Source of the DNA: a virus | Lineage: Duplodnaviria > Caudoviricetes | Virus record (IMG/VR): IMGVR_UViG_3300042453_004282 | Span: 228-64,227 of that record | Reading direction: 5' to 3' (one strand) | Length of the DNA stretch: 64,000 nt | In this document: piece by piece, positions 25,014 to 34,423 of the stretch | How positions within the stretch are numbered: position 1 is the first letter of the stretch | Layout of the letters: the number at the start of each line of letters is the position of its first letter | Position numbers and translations under genes: made by a program | Notes under the pieces: generated by a model | The model's database searches: none | The model's input: only the letters and a program-made list of their open reading frames with translations | Told to the model about the DNA's origin: nothing

Positions 25014-27934
25014 TGTCTGACAATCGATTCATTATCAATGAGGTTCGTCGAAACCTGCCGGGTGTGCCGATTGAGAGCTTGCAAACACTCATCGACTCAT
25101 CAAGCACACTCAAATCATTGGTAGACAGTGGGTTCACGGGATACTTGACCCCTGTGCAAATTCGGCAAATCGTGACGGAAGTTCAGAGTGCTCAACGAAA
25201 ATTTGTGGATCGGCAGACGCTCATCCAGACACTGGAGAACATCAAGAACAATAGCTTCTTTGTCACTCCGGTAGAAGCTCAACTGGCAAGTGAGACGGAG
25301 AACTACGAAGATATTCCACTGACCAACACTACGCTACTCTCTACGTTGGATGGGGATCTTTTTTATGATCCTGAAGCAGAAGCGTTTGTCTTGGCTCCTA
25401 CACCCAATGTCAGGATAGAGGCTCCTGAGACGAGCCCCGAGGGGTATGTTGGGCCGTTGGATCCCACGGATGTTGACAACTTACTGTTGCTCTTGGAAGA
25501 TGAAATCCGACAGGAATACGAGGCGCAGGGGGAACCCCATGCGCTGGATACGATCACGGAGTCTGGTAGAATCGGTGTATTTGGATTGACCGTAGATGAT
25601 CTTGTCGAGATTGGTGTGGTCAGTCAAAATGCCATCAACGACTGGGCTGCTATCCCTGAAGACGAACACGATGACTATGGAGAGGAGGCGGTAAAACAGG
25701 GTCTTATCAGCCGAGAACGGTATGACACCCTGTCAGAAATAGTTCGCACGAGTTTGATGTTGTATGTGGTAACAAATCAAAACTATTGGATCCAGAAAGC
25801 GATTGGCCCAAAGGCGTTCTTGACCTTACGTGAAATTCAACGCGCCTTGGCATTCAAGGCACAGATTAAAGACTGGAAAGGGTTGTATCAGTTCCTTTCC
25901 GGTCAACTGAATCTGTTTGCGATGACTTTGATTGACCGGAAGTCTGTTGTTGCCGCAAATATGATTCTTCAGCGCCTCTTTGGAAAAAACGCCGTCAAGT
26001 TATATGGATATGTTGGTCTCTTGGCGAACCCCATAGGACGCAAGGCGAAGGATGTGTACAATACGGTCTATCGTGGTATCCAAACACGATTGGTGACGAA
26101 AGACATCGCGCAACTGAAGGCTGCTTTGAACAAGCTACCGACTCCTCCGGTGCCGTCAGTTCGCCCATCCAGAAAATTCAAGCTCTTCCCTAACATCAAT
26201 CAACAGAAAACGAATGAAGCGTTTGTTCGAGTTCCTGACACACAGGGATTCTATGACCCAAATCGTGTGTATCCCAGAGTGCATGCGATGGGAGAAGCCG
26301 ACACAAACCGCCTCGCTCGTGCAGAAAAAATCAAAGATACGATTGTTGGCACGAAAGACGAAAACCGAACGCTGGATATTCCTGTCGCACGAGGAGCGTC
26401 TCCGAAAAAGTGGAGTCAACCAAAGTCTCCCTACAATGCCAAGTACCCGCACAATCATGTCTATGAATCGGAGTCTGGGCATGTCATGGAATATGATGAC
26501 ACACCAGACAATGAGCGAGTGCATTTGTATCACCGCGAAGGTTCATTTCTTGAAATCGACAGAAATGGCACATGGACTAGAAAGGTTGTAGGAGACGCCT
26601 ATGAGATTTATGAGCGAAATGGATACATCTACATCGCAGGAAAGGCGAACATCACGATTGATGGAAATTGCAATGTCTATGTGAAAAACAATGTCAATCT
26701 TCAAGTCGATGGTAATCTCGTTGCTGATGTGCATAAAAACATGACATGGAACATCGCCAAAGATCTAAAAATCACGGCGGGTGGTGCCATTCATGTAAAG
26801 TCAAAAAAGCAAACGAACATCGAATCCACGGACGGCAGCATCAACATCAAGGCCAAAAATGCCGTTAATACCAACGGGTCGAACGTGAATGTTCGTGCGG
26901 AAAAAACTCTCAAGCTATCTGGAGAGTTGAAGGCTTCCCTTGCTTCGCCAAAAGGGGCTGCTATGGTATTGGCTGGTCTTTCTCCCGTAGTAATCAATGG
27001 CCCCGTGTTAAGCATGCTTCCTCAACCGGGATTTGCGGCACAGATTCTTGCCTCTCAGAATGCGGCTGGAAAGGCTGATGCTTCGGAGAGTGGCGCGCCA
27101 CCACGACAGAAGAATCCAGTGGAACCGGTGTTTCCTCCGCTGGTCCTCGAAAGCAGAATAGACGATTTTTCCGAAGCGTTGTCCACCTTGTCAGAAAACC
27201 CGGACGAAAACCAGAATGAGATTAATGTCCTCAAGAAGAAAGCCATTGATGAAGGGTTGTTAACCAAAGAGGAATTTGACCGACCCCTAACCATGGGAGC
27301 GCAAGACACCTCCATTCCTCCGTCACCAACTCCACCGAAAGTGGCATCGTGTGCGGCTATTTACGGACAAACGCGCTTTTCCCCAACATACAGTCTTTCA
27401 AAAAATGTGACGCTTGGTCTATTAAAGGGCACTGATCGGCTGGCACAGCAGCACGGTCTGTCTCAACAAGACTTGGTCTGTAACCTCAAACAACTTGCAG
27501 AAAACGTGCTTGAGCCTGTTTTTTCGTCTTTTGGAAAGGATCAGGTAATTGTGACCTCGTGTTTTAGATGGCCGGGATACAATACCGGTTCATTCAAACC
27601 GGCAACGGGAATCTCCTTCCATGAACAAGGATTAGCCGTGGATTTGTGCTTTGTCAACAAGCCATTTTCTATGTACTATGATTTTGCCAAACAGATAAAG
27701 CAAACCATGAATTATGACAAACTCTTGTTGGAATATCGTCTGGGCACCGTTAACGGGGTCACCACCTATAAGCCATGGATCCATGTGCAGTGGCAACAAC
27801 CCGCCATTAATTTGGCGAATGGACGAAAGGGTGGCCCACCGAGAAAAGAAGTCTACACGATGAAAAACGATGTCCGGGTGGGACCAGCAAATGCTCTGAT
27901 TAACCTTCTCCCGAATGTCAATCTGAGCTACTAA
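25013..27934 (+). CDS. gp5: gp5 C-terminal part: beta-helix needle plus peptidase M15-like domain
   Basis: YPHNHVYESESGH..EYDDTP..ER..LYHR.G, VxG-type beta-helix repeats, then S.FR...S.H..G.AVD...WIHV. Confidence 0.8.
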   Translation: MSDNRFIINEVRRNLPGVPIESLQTLIDSSSTLKSLVDSGFTGYLTPVQIRQIVTEVQSAQRKFVDRQTLIQTLENIKNNSFFVTPVEAQLASETENYEDIPLTNTTLLSTLDGDLFYDPEAEAFVLAPTPNVRIEAPETSPEGYVGPLDPTDVDNLLLLLEDEIRQEYEAQGEPHALDTITESGRIGVFGLTVDDLVEIGVVSQNAINDWAAIPEDEHDDYGEEAVKQGLISRERYDTLSEIVRTSLMLYVVTNQNYWIQKAIGPKAFLTLREIQRALAFKAQIKDWKGLYQFLSGQLNLFAMTLIDRKSVVAANMILQRLFGKNAVKLYGYVGLLANPIGRKAKDVYNTVYRGIQTRLVTKDIAQLKAALNKLPTPPVPSVRPSRKFKLFPNINQQKTNEAFVRVPDTQGFYDPNRVYPRVHAMGEADTNRLARAEKIKDTIVGTKDENRTLDIPVARGASPKKWSQPKSPYNAKYPHNHVYESESGHVMEYDDTPDNERVHLYHREGSFLEIDRNGTWTRKVVGDAYEIYERNGYIYIAGKANITIDGNCNVYVKNNVNLQVDGNLVADVHKNMTWNIAKDLKITAGGAIHVKSKKQTNIESTDGSINIKAKNAVNTNGSNVNVRAEKTLKLSGELKASLASPKGAAMVLAGLSPVVINGPVLSMLPQPGFAAQILASQNAAGKADASESGAPPRQKNPVEPVFPPLVLESRIDDFSEALSTLSENPDENQNEINVLKKKAIDEGLLTKEEFDRPLTMGAQDTSIPPSPTPPKVASCAAIYGQTRFSPTYSLSKNVTLGLLKGTDRLAQQHGLSQQDLVCNLKQLAENVLEPVFSSFGKDQVIVTSCFRWPGYNTGSFKPATGISFHEQGLAVDLCFVNKPFSMYYDFAKQIKQTMNYDKLLLEYRLGTVNGVTTYKPWIHVQWQQPAINLANGRKGGPPRKEVYTMKNDVRVGPANALINLLPNVNLSY

Positions 27935-27940
27935 CCCCCA

Positions 27941-27948
27941 TATAAATA
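27941..27948 (+). promoter_or_regulatory. T4-type late promoter
   Basis: TATAAATA immediately upstream of gp25. Confidence 0.7.
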
Positions 27949-27953
27949 GAGAC

Positions 27954-28349
27954 ATGATCAATAATTCACCGACTAAAATCTACAAAGATTTGGACCTCTC
28001 CCTTGCCTTTACCACGAACTATGATGTGGCGAAGCGAGTAGATGTAAATGCGGTCAAACAATCCATCAAAAATCTCCTTCTTACCCGCCCCGGTGAAAGG
28101 CCATTTCAACCCGATGTAGGCAGCGAGTTGTATCGCATCTTGTTTGAGCCAATGGATGTGTTAACCTCTGAAGCCTTAAAGGGAATTATTACGACCTGTA
28201 TTAGAAATTATGAGCCGCGTGTGCGCCTACAAGATGTGATGGTGATGCCTCGGTTTGATGAAAATGCGTTTGATATCAGTTTGTATTTTTATGTGATTGG
28301 CATCTATGCGCCAGTGGTATTCAATCTAACCTTACAAAGACTACGATAA
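27954..28349 (+). CDS. gp25: Baseplate wedge gp25
   Basis: YKDLDL, AVKQSIKNLLLT.PGERPF.P and YEPRV motifs. Confidence 0.93.
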   Translation: MINNSPTKIYKDLDLSLAFTTNYDVAKRVDVNAVKQSIKNLLLTRPGERPFQPDVGSELYRILFEPMDVLTSEALKGIITTCIRNYEPRVRLQDVMVMPRFDENAFDISLYFYVIGIYAPVVFNLTLQRLR

Positions 28350-30214
28350 TGGCTGATATTCGAGTAACCGAATTAGACTTTCAACAGATCAAGGAAAATA
28401 TCATCAATTATCTGAAAGCACAGGACGAGTTTTCAGACTATAATTTTACGGGATCTGGGTTGAATGTACTATTGGATATCTTGGCGTACAACACTCACTA
28501 CAATGCCATCTTGGCGCATTTACAATCGAACGAAATGTTCATTGACACGGCGATTAAACGCTCGTCGGTTGTGTCGATTGCGAAGACGCTTGGGTACACG
28601 CCGCGTAGTGTGCAGTCATCAAAAGCCACGGTGAATGTGAATGTCATCTCTGCTGAAGATGGCCCGCTAACAATTCCCAGATTCACGAAATTCTCCACGA
28701 GCGTAAATGACCAGAGTTTCACCTTCGTCACCACAGATTCACATATTGCATATAAAGAGGCCGGAGAATTTCTATTTGAAGGTATTGAACTGATTGAAGG
28801 ATCGGTGATTGAAGAGCGCACGGTCGTCGGCGTAGATACCGTGTCTGGCCCCATAAAAATCCGCAACAACAACATCGACCTTAACACCCTCGCGGTAACG
28901 GTGCAGACGAGCGCAACGAATCTGACGACGACCGTATTCACTCGCACCACCTCCATCGTAGATATCACCCGTGACAGTAAGGTCTTCTGGGTTGAAGAGA
29001 GCCAAGACGGCTTTTATCAACTTCTCTTTGGGGACGACATCGTTGGTAAGAAACTGACCGTTGGAAATATCGTCACTGTGCAATATGTGGCCTCTCGTGG
29101 TGCGGAGGCGAACGGGGCGCAGTCATTTTCCTGTTCGATTCGAATCGGTGGCGCCTCCCCAGTAACTACACTCGTTTCAGCGTCTGCTGGTGGCTCTTTC
29201 CGCGAAAGCACGGAGAGCATCAAGTTCAACGCACCGCGCTTCCACACCACACAAAACCGTGCGGTTACCGTAGAAGACTACAAGTCTCTTATCCTGTCAA
29301 ATTTTGACAAGGCAAAGTCTGTGGCGGTATGGGGTGGAGAACAGAATGTTCCACCAATTTACGGAAAAGTCTTCATTTCAATCGATCCAAAAGACAACTA
29401 CATCATTACACAGACTGACAAAGACCATTTGTTGAATTCCGTCTTGCGACCAAGAAGCGTGTTGTCCATTTTACATGAATTTGTGGATCCGGTGTATTTG
29501 TATGTTGGGTTGAATGTCAAGGTGAATTATGACGCCTTGATCACCCCGTTCTCAAACGCAGAAATTGAAAGTATTGTCACCGAACAGATTCAAGACTATT
29601 TCGCCAATGAATTGTCCACCTTGGACAAGCGGTTCTATTATGCGCGGCTCTTGAACAAAATTCAAACCTCACATAACGCAATTATTGGCACTCTCATTGA
29701 TATGCGCCTTCAGCGTCGAATCGTGCCAATTCTGAATGTACACGAGCGGCTGAAATTCTATTTTACCACCTCGGTAGAACCTAATTCCTTCAAGAGCACT
29801 TATTTCACGACCATCGTCGCTGGCACTCAATATACCGCGTACATTCAGGATTTTCCAACAACCACCCCACCAGACAAGAATGGGCGAGGTGTGCTCAAGC
29901 TGGTAAATCAGGAAAATAATCAGGTGCTTGTTGCAGATTATGGAACTATCCAGTATGCGGCTGCCGGTGAGGTGGAAATTCCAGATTTCTATGTCACGGA
30001 CTTATTGTCCACTGACATCCGCTTTAATGCATTACCGCAGGAGTTGGCAAAAGACTTATCTCCCACGATCATTCGCGGAACCCCCGAAACTGCCGCTGCG
30101 GTATACCCATATCCATCCCAGAACATCATTGTTACCTTGGACGACAGTGAAAACAACCTCGGCGTCGGCACTCAGGCAGGGCTTCGAGTGACTGCAACTC
30201 CATCTGAAATCTAA
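28349..30214 (+). CDS. gp6: Baseplate wedge gp6
   Basis: ELDFQQIK, DYNF.GSGL..LLD.LAYNTHY, QNRAVT.EDY and WGGE motifs. Confidence 0.93.
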   Translation: MADIRVTELDFQQIKENIINYLKAQDEFSDYNFTGSGLNVLLDILAYNTHYNAILAHLQSNEMFIDTAIKRSSVVSIAKTLGYTPRSVQSSKATVNVNVISAEDGPLTIPRFTKFSTSVNDQSFTFVTTDSHIAYKEAGEFLFEGIELIEGSVIEERTVVGVDTVSGPIKIRNNNIDLNTLAVTVQTSATNLTTTVFTRTTSIVDITRDSKVFWVEESQDGFYQLLFGDDIVGKKLTVGNIVTVQYVASRGAEANGAQSFSCSIRIGGASPVTTLVSASAGGSFRESTESIKFNAPRFHTTQNRAVTVEDYKSLILSNFDKAKSVAVWGGEQNVPPIYGKVFISIDPKDNYIITQTDKDHLLNSVLRPRSVLSILHEFVDPVYLYVGLNVKVNYDALITPFSNAEIESIVTEQIQDYFANELSTLDKRFYYARLLNKIQTSHNAIIGTLIDMRLQRRIVPILNVHERLKFYFTTSVEPNSFKSTYFTTIVAGTQYTAYIQDFPTTTPPDKNGRGVLKLVNQENNQVLVADYGTIQYAAAGEVEIPDFYVTDLLSTDIRFNALPQELAKDLSPTIIRGTPETAAAVYPYPSQNIIVTLDDSENNLGVGTQAGLRVTATPSEI

Positions 30215-31821
30215 TGTCATCGCTCAAAAACAAACTCTACTACTTAATTGAAGGCCAGATTCCAGAATATCTTCGGAATAGTTATCCGAAGTTTGTGGAT
30301 TTCTTGGTTGCGTACTATCAATTTCTAGAAGAGAACCACGAAGTCAATAACATTCTGCTCAATTCAAAAAAGAACTCGGATATTGACTTGACGATGGATT
30401 TGTTTGTTGAGCAGTATAAGAAGCAATATGGATATGACTTTCCAGATTCTTCATTGATTGAACGGAGACGGCTGATCAAATTCTTGAATCAGTATTATGA
30501 TGTCAAGGGATCAGAAAATGCGGCAGAACTGTTCTTCCGCATGATGTACAATGATGACATCACGATTCAATATCCCGGCGATTATGTGCTCCGTCCGTCT
30601 GACAATGTATGGAGAACCAAATTCACCATCAAGGTGGATACGGATTATGATCAAATCAGTGCGAGTGCAAATGCGCTGAGACCGTATCCAATCTCCACTG
30701 ACCTGTTTTCACTCGAAAACAACACGATTACGCTCCGGTTCAAGATACTCGAAAATGGGAAGTTGGTAGATCGTTCGTACACCTTTGGGTGCGTAAATGC
30801 TGCGCGCATCTCCACCAACATTCAGTACACGGAAGATGGTAGACCGATTGCATTGTATGCGTTGGAACTCGACATTCCACGCACCATTAGCACTCGCACT
30901 ATCAACGCGCTGATGATGGCTCGCGCCTACAAAAATGTCGTATGGGTGACGGCGGAAGATGCAGCCGGGGCACAAAAGACCTATGGCTTTTTGTCTCAAC
31001 AGTTGGTCGATTATACGATCAATACCGGTGGCGAAGATTTCAAGTTGCGTGATACCTTTTTGATTGAGCGCACGGAGGATAGCGAGTATCCCATACCCGC
31101 CGAAGTGTACAACACAGGAATTATGCGGGTGAAGGCGCTTAAAAAAATCGATGTGGAAGAGTATTTTGCACAGAACTATACCCTTGGAAAAAACTACACC
31201 GTTGCTGACACCGAAGGCGTTATTCGGTCCTTGTCGTTCCTGTCAACAGGACATCGATACGACATCAAGGACACGTATTTTGCCGAAGACTATAATTTGG
31301 AAGGCACCTATACGATTTTCAACACATTCAGCACCATATTGGAAAATCCGCGTGAAGTAGGTTCTGATGCGCTAGTAACTCTGACCGTTGGGTATATTCA
31401 TCAACATCCGGGAGCATGGGTATCCAGCGCGTCCTTTCCGTCAGATGTCAATAAGTTGCAGGATAATTACTACTATCAGGCATATTCGTATAATATCCAG
31501 ACAAAAAATACACCATTTGTCAGATGGAAAGACATTTATGAGCGAAATGCCCATCCGGCTGGGTTCAAGGTATTTGGTGAATTGTTAACCGAAATGACCT
31601 TTAGCCTATATCCGGTAGAAATCATATCTGATATAGAATTAATCAACATCACCGAAGACGAGACATTCAAGCCTATTAGTGATGAAGTATCGGGTGCAAT
31701 TTATGCGGTTGATTTCTTCATGCCATTCCCAGCCTATACATCTGGCGATCAACAGACCTTTGGTATGGTGAAGGTAATCGAAGATGCCGTCCTCGTTGAA
31801 GATTCTGTAAATTCCGTATAA
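30214..31821 (+). CDS. Baseplate wedge gp7-like
   Basis: QIPEY, FL.AYY, KGS....LFFR, LQDNYYYQAYSY and HPAGFKVFG motifs. Confidence 0.7.
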   Translation: MSSLKNKLYYLIEGQIPEYLRNSYPKFVDFLVAYYQFLEENHEVNNILLNSKKNSDIDLTMDLFVEQYKKQYGYDFPDSSLIERRRLIKFLNQYYDVKGSENAAELFFRMMYNDDITIQYPGDYVLRPSDNVWRTKFTIKVDTDYDQISASANALRPYPISTDLFSLENNTITLRFKILENGKLVDRSYTFGCVNAARISTNIQYTEDGRPIALYALELDIPRTISTRTINALMMARAYKNVVWVTAEDAAGAQKTYGFLSQQLVDYTINTGGEDFKLRDTFLIERTEDSEYPIPAEVYNTGIMRVKALKKIDVEEYFAQNYTLGKNYTVADTEGVIRSLSFLSTGHRYDIKDTYFAEDYNLEGTYTIFNTFSTILENPREVGSDALVTLTVGYIHQHPGAWVSSASFPSDVNKLQDNYYYQAYSYNIQTKNTPFVRWKDIYERNAHPAGFKVFGELLTEMTFSLYPVEIISDIELINITEDETFKPISDEVSGAIYAVDFFMPFPAYTSGDQQTFGMVKVIEDAVLVEDSVNSV

Positions 31822-31824
31822 ATA
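31817..31824 (+). promoter_or_regulatory. T4-type late promoter
   Basis: TATAAATA upstream of the 31847 gene. Confidence 0.7.
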
Positions 31825-31846
31825 AATACAACCTTAAGGAGTTGCT

Positions 31847-32293
31847 ATGCAAGAGTCGCTTTTTGTTCAGGGAACCCTCCATATTACGCTGCGAGATGAG
31901 AATGGCAATATTCTGGTCGAGCGGATCCACAAGAATCTTGTAGTGTCGCTGGGTTTGGCGCATATGGCGGCTCGCCTCGTTGGCAACACCCCAGCCGTGA
32001 TGAGCCATATGGAACTTGGCACCGGGACAACGGTCGTCACATCAGGAGACACGGCATTAGCGTCCCGAATTGTGGACTCCAGAACGGCTTTAGCTGCATT
32101 TACTTCCACAGACTCAACAATCACGGCTGAGTGTGAATTTGGCCCCGGAATTGGATCCGGCCCCGTGTCGGAGGCTGGAATCTTTAACGCAGCGTCAAGC
32201 GGCACGATGCTTTGCCGCAGCGTCTTTCCTGTTATCAACAAGTCGGCGCTAGATACACTAACGATCCAGTGGTACATTACCCTCTCTGCATAA
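31847..32293 (+). CDS. Baseplate/tail structural protein
   Basis: AAGGAG RBS; NLVV..G...EAGIFNA..GTML.R.VF.VINK...D.L.I.W pattern. Confidence 0.7.
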   Translation: MQESLFVQGTLHITLRDENGNILVERIHKNLVVSLGLAHMAARLVGNTPAVMSHMELGTGTTVVTSGDTALASRIVDSRTALAAFTSTDSTITAECEFGPGIGSGPVSEAGIFNAASSGTMLCRSVFPVINKSALDTLTIQWYITLSA

Positions 32294-32297
32294 TACC

Positions 32298-34418
32298 ATG
32301 AGTTTGTTTATTACCCCCAGCGTTGCTCGACATGAAATAGCGCGGTCGTTTTACCGAGATGTGATTGCGGAAAACGACCGGTATTATGTGTTTGTCGGTA
32401 AGACTGACACATGGGGAACTGGTGACACCCCGGAAGACCCGGAGGACACGCGAGCGTACTTTGCCGACGCGCACACCAACATGCTGCTGGCAAAGAAGGT
32501 TACGCCGGGGCCAAATGATATCGTGTACATGGTACATCGTTATGGGTGGGAATCTGGCACCGTATACACGGCATATGGGGATGATGTCGAGCTATACGAC
32601 AACTATGAGGATGTCCCCAAGAATTTCTATGTGATGACGGATGAATACAACATCTACAAGTGCCTGTTCAATAATGATGGGGAACCCTCCACAGAAAAAC
32701 CAACCAGCACGGATCCATACAACTCTGCCGTGGAAGTATTGTCTGACGGTTACATCTGGAAGTTCATGTATCAAGTTCCTGTCATGGACCGCCTTCGCTT
32801 TCTGACTTCTGAATATATTCCGGTACGGAATGTATCCGATGGAGTGAATTTCGATGTGAACGGCGTGTTGGAGAGTGTCGTCATCCAGAATGCTGGTGCT
32901 GGTTATGTAGACCCCTATGCAATCATAGAGGGCGATGGGTACAAGCCGCAGCCACTAGTTATTGATTACGCCTCGGTGGGGGAAACCTACGATTATGCGA
33001 TTCAGTATGTCGGCCACTACTTTGAGACGGGCGACAAAGTGCTGTATTCAAAGGGGTCTGGCGCCGCATTTGGAGGACTGACGAACAACACGGTGTATTA
33101 CATCATCAAGGTTGACGCTGACAATTTCAAAATTGCAGCATCTCGCACGAATGCAGAAAGCAATATTGCGATCCCTATCACGGCAGCATCTGGCACCAAT
33201 CATCGCTTCATCTTGATTGGAGATGAAGTTGAGATTGTGACAGACGGGTTTGGTTCAATCGCACAGGTGAATATCATCAACTCGTACCGTGGCTATAGCA
33301 CGGCGAGGATCACGATGTATGATGCGGACACTGCGCCGCTCAGTGGCACGGAATATTTGGGGACCATCACCACCACAACGAATAGTAATGTGGTGCTCGG
33401 TGTTGGGACTGCATTTACCACACAACTGGCGGAAAACCGAACCCTCGTCAACACGAACAACGAGATTATTGGAATTGTTGCCAACATCACATCAAACACC
33501 CAACTGGAATTGATTGCCCCGGCTACCGTGGAAATTAATGCAGGAGCATATAGCTCGTTTGCTGGAAGCGGGTTTGAAGGAACCGTCCTGTTACAACCAG
33601 AAACGGCAAACTTAATCAACGAACAGGTTGTGCAGTCTGCAATTCATGGCGCGGTATTTCGGATTGACATTCTCGCGCCGGGAACGGACTATTCTTCATC
33701 TGGCACCTATATCACGCCGTATGGCGATGGGGATAGCTTGGTAGTCACCCCGGTAGTGGTCGATGGAGAAATCACACAGGTGACGATTGATCATCCCGGA
33801 AAAAACTACAATCGGGTGCGGTTGGCGCCGTCCAGTACCATCGGAGACGATGCAGAATTCTACGCGCATGTTGGCCCTCAAGGTGGACACGGATCCAACA
33901 TTGCAAGGGAATTGCTTGCAACGACGATATGCATCGCAACCACGATAAATACGGATAATGTAGACTTGTTTGTTGACAACGACTACCGACAAGTGGGATT
34001 GCTCAAAAATCCCAAGCAGTATAGTCAAATTCAAGACACAGACATTGGGTATTTTACCCAGAATACCGGAACAGCGTGTTTTGTCATTCAAGTGCCCGCC
34101 GCGCAGTACGACAGTTATGATGCGGATGATGAACTTGTGGCGTCAAATGGCGCACTCTATCGCGTAGTCACGAAGCGGTATGATATTGACGCAGACCGCT
34201 ACAATATCTATCTCTCATATATTGAGGGTGACAAGGAAATGAGCACTAGTGTGCTATTGAACAACAGCACCAATGGAGCCTTATCACTCCAAGTTCTCGG
34301 CGTCACGCGCCCAGAGTTTGACAAGCAAACAGGCACCATCATTTACCTGAAGAATTCTGAAGCTATCCCCAGATCGGCGCAACAGATTGAAACCGTAAAA
34401 CTCTTCTTACAATTCTAA
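32298..34418 (+). CDS. gp8: Baseplate wedge gp8 with large insertion
   Basis: W.SGTVY..Y, FYV.T.EYNIYKCL.N, DGYIWKFMY, GGHG, DYRQVGL..NP and R...Q.E motifs. Confidence 0.85.
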   Translation: MSLFITPSVARHEIARSFYRDVIAENDRYYVFVGKTDTWGTGDTPEDPEDTRAYFADAHTNMLLAKKVTPGPNDIVYMVHRYGWESGTVYTAYGDDVELYDNYEDVPKNFYVMTDEYNIYKCLFNNDGEPSTEKPTSTDPYNSAVEVLSDGYIWKFMYQVPVMDRLRFLTSEYIPVRNVSDGVNFDVNGVLESVVIQNAGAGYVDPYAIIEGDGYKPQPLVIDYASVGETYDYAIQYVGHYFETGDKVLYSKGSGAAFGGLTNNTVYYIIKVDADNFKIAASRTNAESNIAIPITAASGTNHRFILIGDEVEIVTDGFGSIAQVNIINSYRGYSTARITMYDADTAPLSGTEYLGTITTTTNSNVVLGVGTAFTTQLAENRTLVNTNNEIIGIVANITSNTQLELIAPATVEINAGAYSSFAGSGFEGTVLLQPETANLINEQVVQSAIHGAVFRIDILAPGTDYSSSGTYITPYGDGDSLVVTPVVVDGEITQVTIDHPGKNYNRVRLAPSSTIGDDAEFYAHVGPQGGHGSNIARELLATTICIATTINTDNVDLFVDNDYRQVGLLKNPKQYSQIQDTDIGYFTQNTGTACFVIQVPAAQYDSYDADDELVASNGALYRVVTKRYDIDADRYNIYLSYIEGDKEMSTSVLLNNSTNGALSLQVLGVTRPEFDKQTGTIIYLKNSEAIPRSAQQIETVKLFLQF

Positions 34419-34423
34419 TTCTC

